The notes below the pieces were generated by a model, which was not told the DNA's origin, ran no database searches, and saw only the letters and a list, made by a program, of their open reading frames with translations. Positions 1 to 12,676 of a DNA stretch of 64,000 nt are shown here, in pieces. The stretch spans positions 496,001-560,000 of the forward strand of contig CP120454.1 in assembly GCA_034226945.1 (NCBI GenBank), in the 5' to 3' direction. The translations under genes were made by a program, and so were the position numbers. How positions within the stretch are numbered: the stretch's first letter is position 1; every line of letters starts with the position of its first letter. This DNA is from Picochlorum sp. SENEW3 (lineage: Eukaryota).

Positions 1-1055
1 CCGTCCAAATCGGTCATATCTACACGTTCATTCCATGAACAAGGATCAAATCTACCAAGAGTTGAAGCTTGTATCCCCCATGCGGCCACCGAACCTGATC
101 CGCCGCCGAACACAGCAACCAACTCTGCCTCTCTGTCTCCCTCACCTGGCACACATGCCCATGTCATTGCTTGAACACTTTCCCCAGCAATGTGTAAGTG
201 CCCGATATACGACACTCGGTCCTCAAAATGAGTTCCTGATTGTATATCCTCATCCATCCTTAAAGTCTGAAGATGCTGCATCCTCCATAGATGCATCCCT
301 CCATCTTCAGAGGCTATAGAAATGATTGAAAAGCAAAACCCTGTTTGATCATCATATAATGCATCCGACCAAGAGATATTCGTGAATCGAGAATCAGAAA
401 AGCTATCGTCAGTCAAGGTATCCGCTAATGGCGAGAGATTAACAAGCGGTATCCACATGGGAGTAAGGCCATCTGATGCAGCAAACACCATGGCACTTGC
501 ATCATCAAAAACTACTCCCAACACACTTCTCCCTGTATCACTACACATACTTGGCGACCAAGAAATACTAACTACTTTTGGCAACTCAGAATTCCAGTAT
601 GCATCATCAAATAACTGAGATGCACCCAAAGATGCCTCGATTCCTTGCCCCAAGCCCTTCATCTTTTTTGTCATGTCCAGCAGTCTGACAAGATTATTCA
701 AGCTTCCTCCCCTATTTACATCTTCAGACTTCTTGGAAGTCGATGCTTTCTTTTTCTCACCTTCTGTACTATGTCTCGTTTCCCTTTCTCTCAACAGCCT
801 TGCTCTATATTCTTCAAATTCCTCAGCAGGACTATCCAATCTAGGCACCATTTGTCTCCATGCTGCAAGCCCCACCGTCCCATCCATTCGAGACGGGTGA
901 AACACCGTCACGACTGTAGATGCTGCAACGGCAATCAGTCCATCCTCATGGTTCCATACCACACTATTCCCACTCGTTGGCAGAAACTCGAGGGGCTTGG
1001 TCTCTCGAGGAGTCGTCTCAAACGGCTGCACCCCGTTCTCCGCTGCACTCTCCAT
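1..1055 (-). CDS. Partial gene running off the window edge; possible TFIIIC delta/GTF3C4-like WD40 protein
   Basis: Manual minus-strand translation from ATG 1055: MESAAENGVQPF...SVVWNHEDGLIAVAAS...VVSISWSPSMCSDTGRSVLGVV, resembling the TFIIIC_delta N-terminal motifs. Absent from the ORF track, presumably because no stop falls inside the window. Confidence 0.45.
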   Translation of the reverse strand, partial: MESAAENGVQPFETTPRETKPLEFLPTSGNSVVWNHEDGLIAVAASTVVTVFHPSRMDGTVGLAAWRQMVPRLDSPAEEFEEYRARLLRERETRHSTEGEKKKASTSKKSEDVNRGGSLNNLVRLLDMTKKMKGLGQGIEASLGASQLFDDAYWNSELPKVVSISWSPSMCSDTGRSVLGVVFDDASAMVFAASDGLTPMWIPLVNLSPLADTLTDDSFSDSRFTNISWSDALYDDQTGFCFSIISIASEDGGMHLWRMQHLQTLRMDEDIQSGTHFEDRVSYIGHLHIAGESVQAMTWACVPGEGDREAELVAVFGGGSGSVAAWGIQASTLGRFDPCSWNERVDMTDLD

Positions 1056-1492
1056 GCTCAAAATGAAAACAAATTATGTGATTATAATGACTATCAAAGC
1101 CAGATCATGCCGTGTCTATTGTGTATCGCCTTGCAAGGCAACCTGCTCTTTACGATTTCAAAAAATTAACCGACACGACCGTTTCCTTCAGCCCTTCACC
1201 GGCCAATAGGATTGCCTAACTTTGCATGATTTAATTTAATGCGTCATATCTGGGTATACTCTCACGTGATCTCCGGGATCGTGAGTTACAAAATCAATTT
1301 TGACCCGTCCCATGAACGACCTCGATGGATGGGAGAGCAAATGTGTCGGACTTTTGGGACATGAGGGGAGAATCTGTTCCAATCCTCTGCCACTTCTGTG
1401 GCACATTTCTGGGATATACGGCCTAAACCCAAAGTAAATTGTCCCTATTTCTTGATTTAATACCACCATTGCCTTTTTCACCTCACAATAAA

Positions 1493-3145
1493 ATGCTATC
1501 TACCGTTCCGTCGGCGACGCCGACCAGAGCAGCGTTGGTATCAGGTCTGAGTAGAGGTGACCACGGTGTTTTGTCGAGTTTGAGAACTCACATTGTGAAA
1601 ACAAAAGATGATGAAGGGGTCTGTAGGCCAGTACAGCGTGTCAGTCAAGTTTCTGTCCGTTCACCCTATATGACTGCGCGTGCTGTCCGGGCAGACGAGC
1701 AGGGATCCTCCGTGGAGGATGCGAAGACGGTGCAAATCATATCAAATGTGATGAATGCTGTGGAATTGGAGTGGCAGACGATTGCAGATGAGATGGGAGT
1801 GCGGATTGCAGCAGCTGGAGAAGATGTCAGTGAGGGTGAGCAGGAGCTCAGACACCACGTGATCAAGTCGATTGAGATGCTGCAAGCAGGTTTGCTGGAA
1901 CGAGATATGGAAGTTCGTTTGATGCTGTTGGCGGCATTATGTGGAGAGCATTTGCTCTTGTTGGGGCCACCTGGCACTGCCAAGTCCGAGTTGAGCAGAA
2001 GATTATCATCTCTCACAGGTGGTGTCTACTTTGAGCGGCTCTTGACCCGATTCTCTGTTCCAGAGGAATTATTCGGTCCTCTATCTATCAAAGGTCTTGA
2101 GCAAGATGAATATACTCGAAAGACAGATGGGTATTTGCCCACTGCAGAAGTTGCTTTTATTGATGAGATTTTCAAGGCTAATTCGGCGATTTTGAATGCT
2201 CTATTGACCTTGTTGAACGAACGATTGTTCGATAATGGTGCAGAGAGACTACCAGTACCACTCTTGTGTCTGGTAGGGGCTTCAAACGAGTTGCCTGAGA
2301 GTGAGGAACTTGATGCATTATATGACCGTTTCTTGATCAGGAAATCTGTTGATCAGGTATCCAAAGGTCAATTAGCAAATTTGGCAAGGCTTGCAAGTGG
2401 GGGTATGGCACCTTACGCATCTTCAGATGATCATGCCACGTACCTGAGCCTGGATGATTTCAAGTATACTGGAGCCAGAGCAATTGAGGCTGTGGATATC
2501 TCGGATGAGATGATTGATCTGCTCACTGAACTACGAAATTATCTACAAGATAAATGCGAACCACCGATTTATGTATCTGATAGACGTTTCATGAAGGCTG
2601 TGAATCTGATGCAAGTGGCTGCCTATGCTGATGGTCGTTCACAGGTGTCCGAGTCAGACTGCTTGCTGCTTGAATACGTCATGGGAAACAAGCCAGATGA
2701 TTCTGAAAAAGTTCGTCGCAAGGTTCTCGACATATTGGCCTCTGATATTGGGATGCAACAGTGCGAATTGCTCTTCCTAGGCCTCTTTGGAAGATCCTGC
2801 AATGCCTTGGAGCAAGGTGATGGGGAAGACATTGCCGCCATCCTGAACGATTGCCGTAATTTAAATGACATCTTGGTGTCTCGATTGGAAAATGTCCGAG
2901 AATCTGTGGAATTAGATTTCCCACACCTCAAGAGTTCCATCTGGCTGAGCAATGCCAATGTCAATTCAGCAATCCAGTTCTTGTCTCCACATGCAGAGGA
3001 GAACAAGTCCAAACTGGAGGACATGGTCAAAGAAACATTGATTCTGCAAAACGCTCTTGCGAACAAGGTTGAGGGTGGAATCCTGGAGAAGCTGCTCCCA
3101 AAGAGATTCAAGCAGTACCAGAAGGGCATTGCAGACAAGGCATAG
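1493..3145 (+). CDS. RavA/MoxR-family AAA+ ATPase with probable transit peptide
   Basis: GEHLLLLGPPGTAKSEL (Walker A), LLTRFSVPEELFGP, FIDEIFKANSAILNALL (Walker B), GASNELP, ALYDRF, SDRR. Confidence 0.85.
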   Translation: MLSTVPSATPTRAALVSGLSRGDHGVLSSLRTHIVKTKDDEGVCRPVQRVSQVSVRSPYMTARAVRADEQGSSVEDAKTVQIISNVMNAVELEWQTIADEMGVRIAAAGEDVSEGEQELRHHVIKSIEMLQAGLLERDMEVRLMLLAALCGEHLLLLGPPGTAKSELSRRLSSLTGGVYFERLLTRFSVPEELFGPLSIKGLEQDEYTRKTDGYLPTAEVAFIDEIFKANSAILNALLTLLNERLFDNGAERLPVPLLCLVGASNELPESEELDALYDRFLIRKSVDQVSKGQLANLARLASGGMAPYASSDDHATYLSLDDFKYTGARAIEAVDISDEMIDLLTELRNYLQDKCEPPIYVSDRRFMKAVNLMQVAAYADGRSQVSESDCLLLEYVMGNKPDDSEKVRRKVLDILASDIGMQQCELLFLGLFGRSCNALEQGDGEDIAAILNDCRNLNDILVSRLENVRESVELDFPHLKSSIWLSNANVNSAIQFLSPHAEENKSKLEDMVKETLILQNALANKVEGGILEKLLPKRFKQYQKGIADKA

Positions 3146-3276
3146 GGACATGTGTTCTAGAAGAATCTTCCCTTTTATTTTGCGTCCCATATGAATACAG
3201 CCTACTGCGGGGCATTATATCTGCATAATTATATATTAATTATTGATCTGTGTCACTAGAGAATCAATTTATCAGA

Positions 3277-4627
3277 ATGAGCGAGGGAAATCCAAATGGA
3301 ATGCCTCAAGGCTTCCCGCAAATGCCCGGAATGCCCGGAATGGGTATGTTTCTTGTGTTATATATGGCTCATGCTATCCATTTGGAATAGAAAATGGTTT
3401 TCTTGGACAGAACAAGGGCGACCCAGCGCCCTATCCAATGAACGTATCCTGCGTCGTTCATCATATCCGACGCCACAAGGCCATATTTTACCATCTCTCT
3501 CTCATTTGTTTATTCTTTTGGTGTGTAGATATGGAAATGCTGCAGCAAATGATGAATGTACGTTGTTTCCTAAGTCTTTGGTTTCGAATGACCTGAACAG
3601 AGCCCTTTGTTTCTGCCACTCGATGTTTCATGGCATATACTGACATCTGTATACCTTGCAGGATCCTAATATTCGCCAAATGACTGAAGCAATCTCTCAG
3701 GACCCTGTTTTTCAGGAGATGGCGAAAGAGATGCAGGAAGCCATGCTGTCTGGGGGAATGGACAACCTCAATATTGGCGGCGAGGGGGGTCAGGCGCCTC
3801 AAATGCCTGGCATGGATCCTAATAAATACATGGATGCTTTCTCAAGGGTGATGCAGAATCCCGAGTTCATGTCTGCTGCCGAAAACCTTGGCAAGGGTAT
3901 TATGGAGCAGTCCATGGATAAGGAATCATTGTCCATGTTGCAAATGTTCCAGAATCCAGAGAATCAGGCTGCACTGAAGGCGAAAATGGAGGAATTGAAG
4001 GATGACCCAGAATTGGGAGAGATGATGAAGGATATTGAGGAGAATGGTCAGGCTGCAATGATGAAGTACATGAATGACCCAGAGATGATGTCCAAGATGG
4101 GGAAGAAATTCCAGGAGGCTATGGCCGATCCGGCATTCAGAAATCAGCTCAAAGATGCGCCTATTGGAGAGGAGGAGGAAGAGGGAGAAGAGCCAGGGCA
4201 GGAGAGTGATGTCATTGGAGCTGCGTCTGCTGGATCTATTGACAGGCTCAAAGAATTGCTCAAGGATGGTGCAGATCCTGATATGAAGGATGAGGAAGGT
4301 CGCACTGCTCTCCATTTTGCCTCTGGGTATGGAGAGTTAGAATGCATGGAAGCTTTATTAGATGCAGGAGCCGATATCAATGCTGTGGATGAGAATAAGA
4401 ATACAGCATTGCATTACTCTGCGGGGTATGGAAATAAGGAAGCAACCGAGCTTCTGGTGAAAAAGTGCGTATTATATTAATATAAGAGTGTTTATTTCCT
4501 CTGCATGAATAACTGAAATGTTTGATGATGCAGGGGTGTTGACAAGGCATTGAAGAATGCAGAGGATAAGACTGCCAAGGAAGTTGCCGAGATGAATGAT
4601 CAGGAGGATGTTGCCAAGCTTTTGTAA
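3277..4627 (+). CDS. AKR2-like protein (STI1-like Met-rich region plus C-terminal ankyrin repeats); multi-exon
   Basis: [29 protein letters not shown]; ankyrin motifs [12 protein letters not shown] and [15 protein letters not shown] introns flank the 3656-4480 ORF. Confidence 0.8.
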
Positions 4628-4673
4628 AGATGACATGTAAGAATTTTTTATATGGATATTTTGTAAAAGCATT

Positions 4674-7600
4674 TTAAATGCCTTCTGCTTGTTTCCTCTC
4701 GCGGACAATGCCCATATATTTGTCGAGTAGAGGCTTGCTCTTGACACATGTGTCGATGAAGGTCTTCCACCCAATGACATCACTTGCTCCTTCGATACGT
4801 TCCAACGCATCAACAGCACGGAGGCAGCTTCGAATCATGTCCTCGTTTCTGTCTACCTCTTGACGTACCGCATCCGACTTGACTTTTGCCGTGAGGGTTG
4901 ATGTGAAAGGATCAACCATGCGCTCCAGCCTGCTCAGGAGTAGTATTGGATCCTGATTGGCAATGGAAATTATCAAATCGTGGCATTTCAATTTCACATC
5001 ATACTGGTCTGTGCAACCTGATACAATTGCGTCTGCAATGGCGTCATGCTCGGGGAGGCGATTCCAACATTTGGAAATCAATATACCAAGACAATCAAAT
5101 GCAGATTTGCGCTGCTCCAAACCATCGTCTACCTTGTGCTTGAATGGTCCTAGATTGATGACTCGAACCAGGTTTGGATCAGGTTTCGTTTGTTCTAAAA
5201 GAGGAGGAGTACTCGTTGCCAATAGAGGAGCGACCAATTTGAACTTGTTATGTGCAGCAAGACTCAGCAGCAAAGTTGCTGCTCTCCTCACAGACACATC
5301 TGGATCTGACATTAGTTGCAGCGCTTCTGGAATCCATGTGGCAGCTAATAGGTCATCGATTCGATGTTCAGATTCTAAAGTTGCATTTCTCAAACCCATC
5401 AGAGCCATTATCTTGGATCTAGAATTCGGGGACTTCAACTGCTCTGCAAATGTGGGCAAGACCACATCAGGGGCAATCAGGGAAGCATGGCCATAACAGT
5501 CTGCGATGATAGATCGAACTTCCTCATTATTTTGATCGTCGGCATTTCTTTCGATGAGTATTTCGACAATTCTCCTAATCTTGCTTGGATCCAAATTGCA
5601 GGCGTCATTGGAAGACACAATCTCCAGTCCCTCATTCAAGGCTTTCAACATGTGATACTGGTTCTTCTTGTCGCCAGTTTGAGATAAATTTCCCAAAACA
5701 AAATCCAAATGATCAGAACTATTTTTTGAAGCTAAACCTCCCAAAGCTATTGCCGCTGCTTCAGATGTTGCCTCCTCTGGCAAGCAATCTAAGACTGCTT
5801 GTCGCAGCTCTGCTTCCTTATTCAGTGAAAATTGATAGACTCCCATGTCTTTGATACAGTACAGGCAAAAGATCTTCACGTCCTGTGCCGGATTTTTAAT
5901 TGCCTCTAGAACCTCACGTTCAACGAAATGACATGCGTCCTGAGAGGGCTGTGCAAGCTGGGCCACACATGTAGCTGCAGAAATACTTGCATTCTTTGAA
6001 TTTGCCTGCATTCCAAAATTAAACATTTTCTCAATCACCTCTTGTCTGTGGGCTGGGATTTGATTCAATGTTTTGGATAAAAACCCTCGAAGCTTTTCAA
6101 GAGACGCCTTTTGCAGTGTTGGGCTCGACATGAGCTGCTGGATGTTGCTGAAAACGCGCTCCAGCATGGAGAATGCCATATCTGGATGAGTGTCTGCAGC
6201 ATTCTCCAAGAAATCCATGACGGCATTTGAAACCCCTAGATCATCTGATATCAAAGGGGCCAATTCATCTATGATGGAATTGAGCTCCTCGGATCCCAAG
6301 GCACCATCTTTGCAAGTGATCACAGACGACAAGGTTTCAACAGATAAAATTCTCAGTTGCCTATCAAGTTTCTTCAAATATGATTTGATCGATGATATCG
6401 CATCATCAAGGGCATCTTGAACATCTAAATGCAAAGGAGAATCTATTATTTTCTTCAAAGCTCGCAATGCACTCAATCTTGTAGTCTCGTTATTCAGTTT
6501 TTCAATCAGAACCGCCACAATCTGCACAATAATGGGAGCCCATCAAAGCAAGCACAATTGAAGACAAAAATTTTCAAAAAGCATAGTATACGCACATCTT
6601 TGAGCCTCGGCAAGTGACCAGTATAATCCTCACTAGGCCCTTGGATCTTGGCCCTCTTGGTGTTACTTGGCATTGCAGCAAAGTCCTTTGCCAATGCTTC
6701 AACCTGGGTGCCTTCCAAGAGATCTCCCATCCAGGCTAACGACTCTGCCGCACAATCTATCGCAGCGTTTTTGACTTCCTGAGGTTTATCAGAGACTGAC
6801 AAAACATCAGAGATTGTCAGAAACAGGGGCAAGACGAGACCCGCCAAGTTCTGTGGCACTGGTTGGGATACATCTGGACGTATCAGATGCACCAATCGTC
6901 TGCACGTCTTCAAGGCTATCGCCGCTGATGCAAAATATTTCTTCTTTGCACACTCTAAAACTTCCTCGGAAATTTTCACGAGATCTTCCTCATTGTCAGG
7001 CCCTGGCATACCATCAAATCCAGCTTCAATGCATTCAAGCACTTGGACTTGCAGCGCAAATGCCGAGTCTTCTTGCAAACATGCCACAATATCACTGGAC
7101 AATTTCGGCAATACAAGCGAGAACAAAGCTGGTCTCATTACTACCATACTATGTAGAGCCTTATACACACAGCATTTTGTCTGTACAGTCTGTTTTTTTA
7201 CTAATCGAGCAAATTTAACCACCACATCCTCAGCATCCCTGTCAAATTTCTGTACAAGCTCATCGTCTTTGGAATCGGCATCGACAACTTTTAATAATTC
7301 CAAATATGAATTGAAAATGTCCTGTCTCACCGTGTCCTCCCGCTCTGAAATCGCCCTTTTGATCAAAATAGGTTGCAGCAGATCATACAGATCTGAAACA
7401 TGTGCAGGATACTGTTTCACCTCGGTGCAAATAAGCTTCGACGCAGCCCTGCGCACTTTCCAGCTACTATCATCATCATCAGAGAATGCATCTTCATCGT
7501 CATAGTCTTCTTCCTCTTCTTGCTCCTCCTCATCGCCCATATCAGAGTCAACCAGGGGTTCATCCTCTTCCATATCACTATCAGCTGCATAATTTGGGTC

Positions 7601-8610
7601 ATACCTAATGCATCTACCAGCTACTTTGGCGATATCAGACCTTTTATTTTCTGTGCTTCCTGAGCATTTTGAAACGCAGAGTTCCAAGACTACCAAGCAG
7701 GACTCAACAAGATCCACACCATCCTCATCCTCCAGTGCCGCCCCAACAAAATCAAAGCACAAGGACAGCAATTCCTGAATATGCGCATCCATTCTATACC
7801 CAGCTCCTCGTGCGATATACGACATGGCCATCATCATCGTCTGGATCTTATTCATCGCGGATGTTCCCGGATGCTGTCTCATGTTCTCCAAAATCTTTCG
7901 ACACAACCCATCAAAATGCTTCCCTGGCAGAGATGCTGCCATCTTTCCCAAACACTGCATCGCCTTTTTGCGAATTCCAGGACGTGCATTATCAAACTCT
8001 CCAACACAGGTATCCGCGATAGCACACATGTCTGGGAATAATGGGCCATGCTGTGTCAGGAATACAAGCAACAGATCATATCCATTTAAAGTCACCTCCT
8101 CCTTGTCATCCACAACACATGCCATCAATCGAGGCCCCAAGAATTCTGCCGCACCTAGAGCAGTCACTCGAGCATGATCATAGACACCAATACTCTGAAT
8201 CACCGTTTTTACCCCCAAATACGCAATATCTCTCCTCATACCATCCTTGTCTCCCTTCATCTGATCAAGAAGAACAGCACACATGGAATCCAGATGCTTG
8301 GCATCAACCTTGCCCACAAGCGTCCCCAAACAGGTATTCGCCAAACCACTAATATCTCCAGAACTATCATTCAGTTGCTTCAATACCGCTGAGATGATCT
8401 TCTGAGTCTCAAAATCATCCAAAACCAGGTGAGAACTCTTCAACTCCCGAGCCAAATCACTCGTTGCCATATACCTGAAATCCTTATCGGCTGAAGAGAT
8501 CTGCATTTGTAGCATACATATGATTAGAGTACTCGTCTATGAAAAGGTGACCGGAATAGAATCCAACAACCCACCTTGTCCAAGATCAAATTCAAAGCAA
8601 CCGAACTCAT
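4674..8610 (-). CDS. CAND1: Cullin-associated NEDD8-dissociated protein 1
   Basis: Exon 1 MSSVALNLILDK, then DKDFRYMATSDL, DDDDSSWKVRRAASK, NLGPFKHKVDDGLEQRKSAF; the two ORFs are joined by an intron at ~6523-6595. Confidence 0.95.
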
Positions 8611-9242
8611 CGTGGCACTTCACTCTCTCTATTCAAAATGCTGCACAATTTAATATATAGGGTCATTTGCGGATGAATAAAACCCCACGAGTGCGCTTTT
8701 TTAATACATTTGAATACATCCTGCTCTTGTCAAGAAAGACATGGATACATACCCACAGTACACCACACGCCATAAGCACTATCTCGCTTTATTCAAATAT
8801 TTAATATAGAAATATTGTGAATCAGAAACGGCATCTCTTGCTTGTACGGCACGAATGTTGTCGGAATCGTTCGTAATAAAATAGAATAAAAAAGATAGGC
8901 ACCCAGATCGCACAATGTCTCTGTATGAGCCTGGGTAATTCCTCGGCCATCCACATATCAAATTCAGATTACGAGGGTACTCACGTGAAACATGCAATAC
9001 ACAATGGCAACCAGAGCGGTACGTGATTCTGTGGTCGAGGCCTCGCATTAGCATCGCACGTGACGATCTTTTGCTGGGTGGGCACGATTGGATTCTTATG
9101 CACCCGATTATGTTTAGATTGATTTCTAGCATATGATCAAGGCAGATCATTGACGGATGTGCGATCTGATGTATTGTAGACTGCTGCCAAGGCAGTTCTG
9201 AACTTGGGCTTGAACGCCAGCTGTGCTCGTCGCCCAGTCGGT

Positions 9243-9863
9243 ATGACGATGATGAACACGATGTCGATGAACAAGGTTGCAAGAACGAGTGGGTTTGGTA
9301 TGACCCAGGTGCAATCTGCCGCCGGAATCCGTTCTGCAGCACGAACAAGCATTGTTGCTGCTGCAGAGGTGTCCAACAAGGTGTATTTCGACATCACTGT
9401 TGGCGGTGAGGATGTCGGTCGTATTACAATGGGATTGTACGGGGATGAGGTGCCAAAGACTGCCGAGAATTTCAGGCAGTTGTGCACTGGTGAGGCTGGT
9501 TTTGGGTACAAGGGCTGTGGGTTCCACAGAGTCATTCCTCAGTTTATGATCCAGGGAGGAGACTTTACCAACGGAAATGGAACTGGTGGAAAGTCTATTT
9601 ATGGAAGAACATTCCCAGATGAGAACTTCAACGTCAAGCATGAGAAGCCAGGATTGTTGTCCATGGCCAATGCTGGCCCAAACACAAATGGATCCCAGTT
9701 CTTCATCACCACCGTGGAGACACCATGGCTTGATGGAAGGCATACTGTGTTTGGAGAGGTCTTGGAGGGAATGGATGTTGTGTCTACTATTGAGGGTACC
9801 CAGACAGGACCAATGGATCGCCCTGTCAAGGCAGTTGTCATCAAAGACTGTGGAGAGTTGTAA
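9243..9863 (+). CDS. Cyclophilin-type peptidyl-prolyl isomerase, likely plastid-targeted
   Basis: [61 protein letters not shown]. Confidence 0.95.
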   Translation: MTMMNTMSMNKVARTSGFGMTQVQSAAGIRSAARTSIVAAAEVSNKVYFDITVGGEDVGRITMGLYGDEVPKTAENFRQLCTGEAGFGYKGCGFHRVIPQFMIQGGDFTNGNGTGGKSIYGRTFPDENFNVKHEKPGLLSMANAGPNTNGSQFFITTVETPWLDGRHTVFGEVLEGMDVVSTIEGTQTGPMDRPVKAVVIKDCGEL

Positions 9864-9896
9864 TTCAACTACTAGTATGTAATTACCAAGCTTGCA

Positions 9897-12016
9897 TTAT
9901 TGATTGTATCCAGATGTTGTGATGGAATCTTTGGAACCAAACGATTCGTCCCATACAGTATGGAACCAACCTTCCTTGTCAATCCTCTCGTATGTGTGCG
10001 AGCCGAAAAAGTCCCTCTGTGCTTGCACCAGATTTGCAGTGCCTCTTCCTCTTCTGTAGGTGTCAAAGTATCCCAGGGAAGCTGTCATTCCTGGAACGCC
10101 GATACCAGCACTCACAGCGAGACCAACTACTCTTCTCCATGCAGCCTGGCGTTCAGCGAGGTCCTTGGCAAAGTCAGGATCTACCAAGAGGTTCTTCAGG
10201 TCTGCATCCCGGGCATAGGCCTGTTTGATACGATCGAGGAATCCAGCTCGAATAATACAACCTCCTTTCCAAATACGTGCCAAGCTTCCCAAATCAACAT
10301 TCCAACCTTTTTCGGCACTCTTGGCACGAATAATATTGTATCCCTGGGCATAACTGCAAATCTTGGAAGCGTACAATGCATCCTTGACATCGTTGATCAG
10401 CTGGGCCTTATCCACGCCTCCTGAAAACTCACTTGCGGGTGCAACATTTTGATTCTTATATGCTGCTTCAGCTTGTTCGCGTTCATCTTTGAGGCCTGAC
10501 AAGAAGCGAGCATCCAAAGCAGCTGCCATTGTTGGGGCTGCTACAGACATCTCTGCTGCCTGCTGAATGGTCCATTTTCCAGTTCCCTGCAAAACATAGA
10601 ATATATTGATAAGTATGAATACTATTTTTGGGGCATATGTCTCGGGAAACGGTGGCGAAAGTGGTCTCGAGGGCCGCAAAACGTGGTCGTTCCCGACTAC
10701 ACCTTCAAAAAAACAATCATGTTCGAAATTCTAGCCGTGTCACGATGGCGAAGACCGCAAGGTGTTCAGCTTGGCGCAGTGGTAGCGTGCGGGGCCCATA
10801 ACCCCGAGGTCCATGGTTCGAGTCCATGAGCTGAAATCTCTTTTTGTTCCATTCAAGGAAAATGCACACACCTTCATACCAGTTTTATCCAATACTTTGT
10901 CAACCAAAAACCCATCCCCTTGCTCATCCTTCTTTTTGAAGATTGCAGCAGTAATTTGAATCAAAAACGACTCCAATTCACTCTTATTCCAATCATCAAA
11001 CACCTGTGCCAATTCTTCGTTAGACAACCCACCAACGGACTTGAGCACATCATACGCCTCTGCAATGAGCTGCATATCTCCGTACTCAATTCCATTATGC
11101 ACCATCTTGACAAAGTTTCCTGAACCTCCAGGTCCTATGTAGGTCACACATGGACCGTCATCAGTCTGTGCTGCAACCTTCTCAACAATTTGCGCAAGAT
11201 AGGAATATGCCTCAGCATCTCCTCCAGGCATCATCGCTGGACCGCGACGAGCACCCTCCTCTCCTCCGGATACACCCATTCCTATCTCAATGATTCCTTT
11301 CTCTTTCAACGCAGCTTGACGACGTTCTGTGTTCTCATACCATTCATTTCCTCCATCAATGATGATATCCCCAGGCTCCATATATTCTGACAATGCCTCA
11401 ATAGTAGCATCCACAGGAGCCCCTGCTTTAACGAGAATGATTACTCGCCTTGGGCGCTCCAAAGACATGACAAAGTCCTTCATATCCTTGAATCCCTTGA
11501 GGTTGTCCCCCAACCCTTCCTTTGAAGCTCGAGCCACACATGCATCAGTCTTCTCAGACGAACGATTGAACACAGAAATCTTAAAGCCTTTCTCCGCCAC
11601 ATTCAGAGCCAAATTCTGCGCAACAATCCACCCACACGTGAGAACCCTGTCACAGAAACTTGACAGATACAGACACACACCTGACCCATGACCGCCAGCC
11701 CAACGAGACCGATAACAGACTCTGCAGATTCCCTGTACATAAATAAGTATATCTTAGGCCTTTATTCACGCACAGTCTGTCTCTTGTCCGTTACGAATAC
11801 AAAAACCTACCCAGTCGATGCCATGATGCTACGGTGAGACGTTGATTCAGCACACACACGTGATCTCGCCTGTTCAGGTTTACTTTGGGCTCTATTGATC
11901 TGAAATCGTTTAGGTTTTGCAACTGAGATAGCCAAGTGAGCACCTGAAACAACTGTTCGTGTTGATCTCAAGCACTCCACCGTTGTTCTTCCCTTGAAAG
12001 AACTTTTCGCGTTCAT
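9897..12016 (-). CDS. gnd: 6-phosphogluconate dehydrogenase (decarboxylating) with transit peptide; multi-exon
   Basis: GLVGLAVMG|QNLALNVAEKG, IIDGGNEWY, VKMVHNGIEYGDMQ, KTGMK|GTGKWT, QAQRDFFGSHTYER; intron 10587-10871. Confidence 0.95.
10765..10836 (+). tRNA. tRNA-Met (CAT), antisense within a 6PGD intron
   Basis: 72-nt cloverleaf TTCAGCT TG GCGC AGTGGTA GCGT G CGGGG CCCATAA CCCCG AGGTC CATGG TTCGAGT CCATG AGCTGAA A, followed by a T5 Pol III terminator at ~10841. Confidence 0.9.
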
Positions 12017-12676
12017 CAAGGATAAATTTTATAATTTAAACGGATTTTTACATAGTATGCTGGGGCTACGGTGCCAAAACATGAAAAGAATTGGTCGACC
12101 AAATCAAGGCAAGTGTATCTGTCAATCATGCCATGGCATGCCAACACTGTATTGGTAATACATAGAATTAGGATAATCTTCTCCATTCTATCCTTTCTAG
12201 CCCCAGTTGGCAAGAATTGAAGGACAAGAATGTTGAGATGTTTCCTGTACTATCGGACAGGATTTCTTGTCCAATGGGCTCTCTTGTGATACTGGATCTC
12301 CTGAGAAGGATACGTGTTCTTCTTGTTGAGAACAGGTTTGCGTCCATATGACTGTAGTCCTCAACAGCTGCTGTGGTTTGATTGGTACTTGAGTATCTCT
12401 GAGAACTTTGTATGGCAGCTTGATATCTGATGGCAGCTCGTCGATGCCATGCGCAGGATCCAGACTCTGGCGTCTTTATGTTTGTGGGCGCCCTGCCAAC
12501 GTCGCGCCTTTTCAACATTTATCATGCATGACCTATATCTGCGATGTGCATTGCACATTCCGTTCAAGACCATTCATAATATACAATTGTATAAAACTTT
12601 CAAACTAGAAACGCAAGATATCGCGTTTCGTGAGGCAAAGTGTTGTTTGACGTTCGCGTTGGTCTCACGATCTGAA

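Noticed and set aside
6506..6600. Apparent frameshift splitting CAND1
   Set aside because: Explained by a GTGCGT..TGCAG intron at ~6523-6595
8779..9348. 189-aa minus-strand ORF
   Set aside because: No recognisable motifs; overlaps the cyclophilin gene and promoter antisense
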